DNA from: an uncultured Bacilli bacterium | GTDB lineage: Bacteria > Bacillota_I > Bacilli_A > RF39 > UBA660 | Direction of reading: 5' to 3' | DNA: 55,759 nt | Assembly: GCA_944332025.1 (NCBI GenBank) | Contig: CALVJB010000004.1 | Span: 1 to 55,759 of the forward strand | Shown: positions 48,834 to 55,759 of the stretch, one piece after another | How positions within the stretch are numbered: position 1 is the stretch's first letter | How the letters are laid out: each line of letters opens with the position of its first letter | The notes under the pieces: model-generated | What the model was told of the DNA's origin: nothing | The model's database searches: none | What the model saw: only the letters and a program-made list of their open reading frames with translations | Program-made: the position numbers and the translations under genes

Positions 48834-49154
48834 TCAATATTCTACTTCATGACAAGATAATATTTTTATCCTATCATAAGTAACTTTACTATCTTTTTTT
48901 ATTTTAACATAGAGAGTTACTCCTGTAATTATCTCTTTCATAAAAATATATACTTTTTCATTAGGCATATCTCTATCTATTTCTGGTCCACTTACTAAAT
49001 CTTCTTCAGTAATAGATTTTAAAAAGTCTTCAATATCATACAAGGTTAGTCCATATTTTCTTCTAGAGTTTCTATTTTTAGCAGTAGGAACAAAATCATA
49101 ATCTTTATTAGTAACTGACTTATGTAATAAAATTATTATTGCTGTAACATCCAA
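48834..49154 (-). CDS. MqsR-like mRNA interferase toxin
   Basis: KNR, GPEIDRD, LYVKIK and ILSCH motifs; directly upstream of the antitoxin. Confidence 0.78.
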   Translation of the reverse strand: MDVTAIIILLHKSVTNKDYDFVPTAKNRNSRRKYGLTLYDIEDFLKSITEEDLVSGPEIDRDMPNEKVYIFMKEIITGVTLYVKIKKDSKVTYDRIKILSCHEVEY

Positions 49155-49189
49155 TGTGCATCACCTGAAATTATAATAACATGATATAG

Positions 49190-49213
49190 CAAAATTATCA
49201 ATTGATAATTTTG
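49190..49213. promoter_or_regulatory. Perfect 24-bp palindrome, probable TA operator over the -35 box
   Basis: caaaattatcaattgataattttg; minus-strand TTGATA, 17 bp, TATTAT. Confidence 0.78.
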
Positions 49214-49250
49214 AATTCAGACATGTAAAAGCCAAGATGGTTATCTTGGC

Positions 49251-49589
49251 TTAACGGAAGTTACAACATGAACCTTGGTCGATATTGCAGCATACATTTT
49301 CTTCACAACAAGTATATCTAGGGCAATAAGTATGCTTGAAAATGTGATGATTAACTATTCTTGTATGGATTGGACATACATGTGGAACTTGATGAACGAA
49401 GGTTCTATTTATTTGACGTTGTTGTACTGGTTCCATAATTGGAGAGCCTGTATTCATCATTCCCATATTTTGTCCCATACCCATAGTATTACTATTCATA
49501 TTGATATCAATATTCATATCTTGGTCAACAACATTGTTATTACCATCGATAGTAGAATCCATATCAATAGCTTGATTATTAAATAACAT
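49251..49589 (-). CDS. CotD-like spore coat protein
   Basis: VPHVCPIHTRIVNHH..KH.Y.P resembles the CotD His-rich core; Cys-rich tail; RBS gaggagg. Confidence 0.7.
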   Translation of the reverse strand: MLFNNQAIDMDSTIDGNNNVVDQDMNIDINMNSNTMGMGQNMGMMNTGSPIMEPVQQRQINRTFVHQVPHVCPIHTRIVNHHIFKHTYCPRYTCCEENVCCNIDQGSCCNFR

Positions 49590-49649
49590 ACACTTTCCTC
49601 CTCTAGTATTAAGATATTCAGTTAGGAAATTTGTGTATAAATTATTTGC

Positions 49650-50957
49650 CTAAAATGGCATTTTAAAATTACCATTTTTCATTTGTTTCATCATTTTTTT
49701 CATACTTTCAAATTGGGTTAATAGTTTATTTACTTCTGATACTGATAATCCACAACCTTTAGCGATTCTTGTTTTACGTGATGCTTTAATAATAGAAGGA
49801 TTTCTTCTTTCTTCTTTAGTCATAGATAATATTATTGCTTCTATATGAGCCATCTGTTTAGGAGGGATATTTACATTAGTTAGTCCCATTTTCTTAGCAC
49901 CTGGTATTAGTTTTATGATATTTTCAAGAGGTCCTAATTTCTTTATTTGTTTTAATGTACTTAAAAAGTCTTCAAGGTCAAACTTACCTTGCTGCATCCT
50001 TTTAGCAGTCTTTTCAGCTTCCTTCTCATCAATGGCAGCTTCTGCTTGTTCAACTAAAGAAACTATATCTCCCATACCTAGAATACGGCCTGCCATACGT
50101 TCTGGGTCAAAAGAATCTAGTCCATCTAGTTTTTCACTTACACCGATGAACTTGATAGGTACATTAGTTAAATGTCTTACTGATAAGGCAACACCACCTT
50201 TAGTATCACCATCTAACTTAGTAAGTATTACTCCTGTTAGTTTTAATTTATCGTTAAAACCTGTAATAACATTAATGGCATCTTGTCCCATCATAGCATC
50301 TATTACAAGTAATGTTTCCTCAGGAGACACTGCTTCTGTAATATTTTCTAATTCATCCATTAAAGCTTCATCTATTTGAAGACGGCCTGCAGTATCGATT
50401 AGGACATAATCATAACCATTTTCTTTAGCATAATTAATAGCATTCTTACTTATTTCTACAGGATTTCCTTTTCCTTCACTATAAACTTCAATATTAAGTT
50501 CTTTACCAAGTTGTTTTAACTGATCAATGGCAGCAGGGCGATAAACATCACAAGCGACCATTAGAGGTTTCTTACTTTTTTTCTTACGTAAGTAATTTGC
50601 AAGTTTTCCTATAGTTGTAGTTTTACCACTACCTTGAAGTCCTACTAACATTAATATTGCAGGGTTTCCTGTTGTATTAAGTGGTGCAGAGTCTCCTCCT
50701 AGTAATTCAGTTAATTCATCTTTTACTATCTTAACAAATAAATCTCCTGGTTTAATACTAGTTCTAACTTCTTCTCCTAAAGCTTTTTCTTTAACATTAT
50801 TAACAAACTCTTTAACTACTTTATAATTTACATCTGCTTCTAGTAAAGCTAGACGTATTTCTTTCATCATATCGCCGATATTATCTTCAGTAATTTTACC
50901 ATAACCTTTTATCTTATGTAGAGCATTTTGTAATCTATCTCCTAAGCTTTCAAACAT
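49650..50957 (-). CDS. ffh: Signal recognition particle protein
   Basis: GLQGSGKTT, DTAGR and TKLDG motifs; Met-rich M domain. Confidence 0.97.
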   Translation of the reverse strand: MFESLGDRLQNALHKIKGYGKITEDNIGDMMKEIRLALLEADVNYKVVKEFVNNVKEKALGEEVRTSIKPGDLFVKIVKDELTELLGGDSAPLNTTGNPAILMLVGLQGSGKTTTIGKLANYLRKKKSKKPLMVACDVYRPAAIDQLKQLGKELNIEVYSEGKGNPVEISKNAINYAKENGYDYVLIDTAGRLQIDEALMDELENITEAVSPEETLLVIDAMMGQDAINVITGFNDKLKLTGVILTKLDGDTKGGVALSVRHLTNVPIKFIGVSEKLDGLDSFDPERMAGRILGMGDIVSLVEQAEAAIDEKEAEKTAKRMQQGKFDLEDFLSTLKQIKKLGPLENIIKLIPGAKKMGLTNVNIPPKQMAHIEAIILSMTKEERRNPSIIKASRKTRIAKGCGLSVSEVNKLLTQFESMKKMMKQMKNGNFKMPF

Positions 50958-51058
50958 CTTGACACTTCCTTTTCTTCTAATATTATAACTGATAAGTATG
51001 AAAAAGTAAAAAGAAAATGATTAAATATCACTTTCTTTATTATTAAAAACTGTTTTGT

Positions 51059-51805
51059 TTAACTTTCTGGTATTTCTATATCTTTTATTTCTCCAAAATT
51101 AGAATAATTAATAGTTATAGTTGTAGTACTTGGTGTTTTATTAATATAGGTAGCATAACTAGATAAATCATAAGTAATTTTGACTACTTCATCTTCTTCA
51201 TTTGTTTCTAGAGTTATCTTATTAGGAATATCAGCGATATCTATATTTGTGTTATTAAGTAGAGAATCTATAGTATTAGTAGTTATCTCATAATTATAAG
51301 AAATATTACCTGTTTCATATTCTGTTTTAGATATTAAAGTAGACATTTCTAAAATTCTTGATATATTACTATCATCAGTAATATTATTAAAATGATATAG
51401 CTCACTTGTTACTTCATATTTATCAGTTGTCTTTATTAAATTAATATTATCATAGATAAAGTAACTAGTAAAAGTATTATTACTTATCATTACTCCTTCT
51501 GTTTTATTATCACTTTTATCTCCTGTAAAGTTTGTTATAATGCCATTAATATTTTCTTCTCTTGTAAAGTGATAATTACCAGTTTCTATTCCATCTAGTT
51601 TATATTCAGTATTAACTTTATTATCATTAGAAGTATCAATATCAGTATTACTATTATAATTTGTTCTTATTAGTGATATTAAAATAAAGAAAAAGATAAA
51701 GTAAAAGATGAAGAAAAGTACTGCTCTTCCTCTTTTACTGTTAGATAAATCTTTAATAAATTTTATATACTTATTTTCTTCCTTTTTCTTTTTTTCTTCT
51801 TTCAC
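51059..51805 (-). CDS. Membrane-anchored hypothetical protein
   Basis: One N-terminal TM helix; overlaps the fmt stop. Confidence 0.7.
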   Translation of the reverse strand: MKEEKKKKEENKYIKFIKDLSNSKRGRAVLFFIFYFIFFFILISLIRTNYNSNTDIDTSNDNKVNTEYKLDGIETGNYHFTREENINGIITNFTGDKSDNKTEGVMISNNTFTSYFIYDNINLIKTTDKYEVTSELYHFNNITDDSNISRILEMSTLISKTEYETGNISYNYEITTNTIDSLLNNTNIDIADIPNKITLETNEEDEVVKITYDLSSYATYINKTPSTTTITINYSNFGEIKDIEIPES

Positions 51806-52740
51806 TTTAATACTACTCCTAACAATTCTTTTTTATCTATTCCGTTTAAAAAGTCTTTTACTAAACATCTTTTCTTACCTTCTATAGCGATATCTGTTAG
51901 TATTATTTCTTTATCACCTGTAACTACTCTAATACCATCTTTTTCAAAGCCTACAATAGTTCCTGGTTCTGTCTTGGCATAATATCTATCACTTAGCCTT
52001 ACATCATATACTTTCATTCTTTTACAGTTTAAGGTTGTATAAGCACCTGGAGTAGGATTTAATGCTCTAACTTTATTATCTACTTCAGTACTAGTCTTAG
52101 TGAAATCTATCTTTTCATCTTCTTTAGTAATGTTATAACCATAAGTAACTTCAGTCTCATCTTGTTTAATAGGATTAATATTACCACTAATTATATTAGG
52201 TAGAGTTTCTAATAGTAAATCTTTACCCATTTCACTTAATCTATCATGTAATGAACCTAGAGTATCTTCTTTTGTTATAACAGTATCACTTTGACTAATA
52301 ATATCTCCTGCATCCATTTTAATGTCCATATACATAATAGTTATACCAGTCTTATCATAACCATCCATAATAGCATGATGAATAGGTGCTCCTCCTCTTA
52401 GTTTAGGTAAAAGAGAAGCATGAACATTAATACATTTATATTTAGGATAATCAAGTAACTCTTTAGGTAGTATTTGCCCATAAGCACAAGTTACTATCAT
52501 ATCTGGTTCATACTTTAATACACTATCATATTCATCTCTTATCTTTACTGGTTGTAATACGGGAATGTTATATAACGCACTAGCTTCTTTTACTGGAGAA
52601 GGTGTCAATATTTGTTTTCTTCCTACCTTTTTATCAGGTTGAGTTACTACTGCCACTACATTATAATTATCGGCAAGAGCATTAAATATTGGAACAGCAA
52701 AGTCAGGTGTACCCATAAATACTATTTTAATATCTTTCAT
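51802..52740 (-). CDS. fmt: Methionyl-tRNA formyltransferase
   Basis: FMGTPDFA, NVHASLLPKLRGGAPI and MDAGD motifs. Confidence 0.97.
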   Translation of the reverse strand: MKDIKIVFMGTPDFAVPIFNALADNYNVVAVVTQPDKKVGRKQILTPSPVKEASALYNIPVLQPVKIRDEYDSVLKYEPDMIVTCAYGQILPKELLDYPKYKCINVHASLLPKLRGGAPIHHAIMDGYDKTGITIMYMDIKMDAGDIISQSDTVITKEDTLGSLHDRLSEMGKDLLLETLPNIISGNINPIKQDETEVTYGYNITKEDEKIDFTKTSTEVDNKVRALNPTPGAYTTLNCKRMKVYDVRLSDRYYAKTEPGTIVGFEKDGIRVVTGDKEIILTDIAIEGKKRCLVKDFLNGIDKKELLGVVLK

Positions 52741-52741
52741 G

Positions 52742-53962
52742 TTAACCTCCTAATACATTAATAATTATAGTTAAAGTCATACCTAATGTTATCAATAGAA
52801 GTCCTGTTAAAGCGAAAACACTTGCATTTCCATAACTATAAACATATTTAAAATCATATTGTTTTTCTTCTTGATAATCATCTTGTAAATTAGTATTATC
52901 TTCTACTACTTGTTTTTCATTAAATAAAAATTTATTATTCTTTATTTCTCTATAACTAGGCATAGTTACTATCTTTAAATCTAATGAATTAATATTACTA
53001 TACTTTCTTATAACTGGGTATCTACTATCTAGAATTTTAGATACTAAGATATTTAAATCTATTTTATCTACACTATCAATAATTTCATCAATATTAGGTA
53101 GTGAGTCTTTAGCAAGTTCACTTCTTTTAATAAAGGCAATGCAAGGAAGTGAATCAGATAAATTCAAAGCTTTCCATCTTCTATCAAAAGTTTTAAGAAC
53201 AGTAGTTTCTTCTTTTGTAGTCATATTTACATGCTTACATAAAGATTCTAAATTACTTCTACATTTATTATAATCTTTAAGATAAAAAGCAAATTTACTA
53301 TATTCTTTAAGATACTTATAATATTTACTAAGAGAAGTTAATTCAGCCATATATTCAGGACTTCTAAAAGCATAGAAATATGCCATAGCAGGGGAATCTG
53401 TAATATATAGTGTTTGGTTTTTACTATTTAAATCTTTTGAAATTATATTTTTATAATTATGATGTTCAAATATATAATTTATTCTCTTTAAGTCGTTAAT
53501 TTCTTTTACATCTTTTTTTAATACTAATCCTTCTTCATCTACTTCATCTTTATAATATGAAGGGAAGCTGTGGAAACAATAGCCATTAACAATATATTTA
53601 TTGTAGATATATTTAAGTATTAATTGTTTATTTTCTTTAGTAGTCATTTTTAAATTTATTTTTTTTGAAACAAGTTCTAAAAGTAAAGAGTTATTTTTAA
53701 TAATTAAATCTTGATGATCTTGATAAGTAGTTGCAATAGTATTTAAACGTGCTAAAAATTCGTTATTATAAGTTTCATCAGTAATTATTATTTGATATTT
53801 TATTACTAAGTCCATTATTATTAATAGAGAGTATTGATTATAATTATAAGTTTCCCCATTTATAGAAACATTAGAGACTCTATTTATAGTAGAGTTATTA
53901 TCTAAGACATTATGAAGGATTGTTAATAGTCGTTCATTTTTTAATAATGATTTAAAGTTCAT
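52742..53962 (-). CDS. Hypothetical protein with a C-terminal TM helix
   Basis: 406-aa ORF coupled to fmt. Confidence 0.7.
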   Translation of the reverse strand: MNFKSLLKNERLLTILHNVLDNNSTINRVSNVSINGETYNYNQYSLLIIMDLVIKYQIIITDETYNNEFLARLNTIATTYQDHQDLIIKNNSLLLELVSKKINLKMTTKENKQLILKYIYNKYIVNGYCFHSFPSYYKDEVDEEGLVLKKDVKEINDLKRINYIFEHHNYKNIISKDLNSKNQTLYITDSPAMAYFYAFRSPEYMAELTSLSKYYKYLKEYSKFAFYLKDYNKCRSNLESLCKHVNMTTKEETTVLKTFDRRWKALNLSDSLPCIAFIKRSELAKDSLPNIDEIIDSVDKIDLNILVSKILDSRYPVIRKYSNINSLDLKIVTMPSYREIKNNKFLFNEKQVVEDNTNLQDDYQEEKQYDFKYVYSYGNASVFALTGLLLITLGMTLTIIINVLGG

Positions 53963-54033
53963 AACTATCCAACCTTCTTTCTATTATAGATTATATCAAA
54001 GAAAAAGTACTTTTACAATAAAAGTACTTTATT

Positions 54034-55491
54034 TTATACATATGTGAAATCTGTTACTCCACTATTTGCAATAGTTGAATTAGGTATTGTCCAAGTATCT
54101 CGTGTTACTAATATTTCTGTTATGTTAGTCATACCATTAAACATTGTTCTATAATCTGTTACTTTTGAAGTATCAAAACTTCTTAAATCTAAACTTTTCA
54201 AATTACTACATCCTGCAAACATTTGTGACATAGTAGTAACGTTGGTAGTATCAAAATTACTTAAATCTAATTCTGTTAAACTCCGACAACTGTTAAACAT
54301 ACTAAACATACCTGTAACATTTAAAGTGTCAAACATACTCAAATCTAAAGATATTAATTTTATGCAACCATAAAACATCATGTTCATACTAGTAACATTT
54401 GATGTATTAAAATTTTCTCCAAATGTTATTTTTGTTAAACTCATTGGTGCAGAAGTTGCTGTATTAATAGAAAACATTGAACTCATATTAGTTACATTAG
54501 AAGTATCAAAACCACTTAAATCTAATTCTGTTAAACTAGTTGATCCTGTAAACATCATTATCATATTAGTGACTAAACTAGTATCTAAATAACTTAAATC
54601 AATTGATGTTAGATTAGAAAAACCAAAAAAATATTCACCCATATAATAATTAGCAATTATCTTATCTTGTGCACCTATTGTTACTTTATATGTTCCTGCA
54701 CCTGTTCCATCATCTTCGGCATAGGCAATAACACTTCCATTCTGTTTTTCTGATATATCCCAACTTTCTATTACTCCTTCTGGTATAACTGTATCTCCTT
54801 TTGTTACTATACTTGTTACTTTACTCTTATATTCTGATGAATGAAAATCTGCACTACCTGCTGTTCTCATCATTCTATCTTCCATTGATAAGCCATCTAA
54901 TCCATAGACATTTATTTGTATTGAAAAAGATAAATTTCCTCCATCACCTTGAGGATTATAATCTTCATCTACCCACATTCTTAGTCTATATCTATTACTT
55001 TCACTAGAATTCATACTACTTGTATATAAACTCATCTCTCCTGATGGCCTTCCTGTAAAACTATTTGATGTACTCTCTTCATTATAAGTCTCTGGTGTCA
55101 TTAATTCTTCTTCACCATCATCTGTTAATCTAGTTAGATATAACTTTATATTAGATCCGTCTATCTTCCTATCACTAGTTGTTACATCTTTTGCAGATAT
55201 CTCATAATTAATGTTTACATCTCCACTAATTTGACTACTTACTGTAAAGTCAAAGTACTCTCCTTCTGTTAATCTTACTTTCCCTGTCGCGTCACGAGTT
55301 GGTAAAGCACCTGTTAAACTAATAGTATTATCAGACTCTTCATATGTCATAGTAATAGATCCTGTTGTTATTGAGTTTACTTTAGTTCCTTCTCCTGTAA
55401 ATCTAAAAGCAGCGTATGATACTCCTATTAAAGCTATTACCATTAATAGTATTAATCCTATTATTACTATCTCTTTCTTTGTCTTTTCCAT
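54034..55491 (-). CDS. Exported surface protein with about six 25-aa DUF285/BspA-type repeats
   Basis: Signal peptide ending GVSYAAF; repeats of LDLSxFDTSNVTxMxxMF. Confidence 0.88.
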   Translation of the reverse strand: MEKTKKEIVIIGLILLMVIALIGVSYAAFRFTGEGTKVNSITTGSITMTYEESDNTISLTGALPTRDATGKVRLTEGEYFDFTVSSQISGDVNINYEISAKDVTTSDRKIDGSNIKLYLTRLTDDGEEELMTPETYNEESTSNSFTGRPSGEMSLYTSSMNSSESNRYRLRMWVDEDYNPQGDGGNLSFSIQINVYGLDGLSMEDRMMRTAGSADFHSSEYKSKVTSIVTKGDTVIPEGVIESWDISEKQNGSVIAYAEDDGTGAGTYKVTIGAQDKIIANYYMGEYFFGFSNLTSIDLSYLDTSLVTNMIMMFTGSTSLTELDLSGFDTSNVTNMSSMFSINTATSAPMSLTKITFGENFNTSNVTSMNMMFYGCIKLISLDLSMFDTLNVTGMFSMFNSCRSLTELDLSNFDTTNVTTMSQMFAGCSNLKSLDLRSFDTSKVTDYRTMFNGMTNITEILVTRDTWTIPNSTIANSGVTDFTYV

Positions 55492-55525
55492 CTTTTACTC
55501 CTCCTCAATTTATTTTTCTCACACT

Positions 55526-55556
55526 AAAAAGAACAGAATATCTCTATCCTGCTCTT
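55526..55556 (-). terminator. Intrinsic terminator in the leader of the surface-protein gene
   Basis: AAGAGCAGGAUA-GAGA-UAUUCUGUUCUU followed by UUU; both mismatches are G-U pairs on the minus strand only. Confidence 0.75.
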
Positions 55557-55592
55557 ATATCATAATGAAAGAAAGTAATTATATTACTTAAT

Positions 55593-55673
55593 CTACAAGT
55601 AAAACTGCCTTTTATGCTTAAGGATAAAAACTGCCCCCCCCCAGGTAACATTTAGTAAACGCATTCTTGTCAT
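55593..55673 (-). CDS. Putative leader peptide containing a G9 tract
   Basis: MTRMRLLNVTWGGAVFILKHKRQFYL; weak RBS caggt. Confidence 0.5.
   Translation of the reverse strand: MTRMRLLNVTWGGAVFILKHKRQFYL
55634..55642. repeat. C9/G9 homopolymer, candidate slipped-strand tract
   Basis: Longest G/C run noticed in this AT-rich window. Confidence 0.85.
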
Positions 55674-55676
55674 ATT

Positions 55677-55731
55677 TTTACCTGTAGATTGACGAATTAA
55701 TTTACCCCAAAAATGACGAATTATTTTACCC
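55677..55731. repeat. Direct repeats with a 24-bp period, carrying TGACGAA boxes
   Basis: tgacgaattaatttaccc (55690) and tgacgaattattttaccc (55714); tttacc at 55677, 55701 and 55725. Confidence 0.8.
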
Positions 55732-55759
55732 TGGAAATTAAAATTAGTCATATCTACTT

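Noticed and set aside
43450-49589. Cys-rich small ORFs as RiPP precursors for the radical SAM enzyme
   Set aside because: They match spore-protein patterns, are in separate transcription units, and have no peptidase or transporter nearby
55492-55673. Poly-G tract lying in a frameshifted N-terminal extension of the surface protein
   Set aside because: All three frames hit stops before 55491, and the gene has its own RBS and signal peptide

Overview
Very AT-rich, compact chromosomal region of a low-GC Bacilli-type bacterium using genetic code 11 (TGA is a stop). The gene style suggests a reduced gut lineage such as RF39, which is inference only. Most genes are on the minus strand. Housekeeping genes include murF, ddl, polC, a ferredoxin, rluB, ltaS, pdp, a short ssb, sufCDSUB, a HIT protein, prsA, recX, rpoZ, ffh and fmt. 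Accessory elements are interspersed: an intact IS5-family element, three AAA_14/DUF4143 ATPases, an MqsR/MqsA-Panacea toxin-antitoxin pair, a sortase with a thioester-domain adhesin, late sporulation genes (BclA-like collagen with a GT2-TPR glycosyltransferase, two SscA/YjcZ-type peptides, a CotD-like protein) and a cassette-like array of orphan enzyme-like genes. The most notable patterns are: (1) a poly-G leader ORF whose slipped frame would end inside an intrinsic terminator in front of a surface-protein gene, a candidate phase-variable attenuator; (2) gene-specific 3 x 23-bp repeat arrays abutting the -35 box of two DUF4143 ATPases; (3) reused terminator/promoter/RBS modules in the orphan array; (4) an interleaved RNA structure in the IS leader. 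All family calls come from motif recognition by eye; no searches were run.
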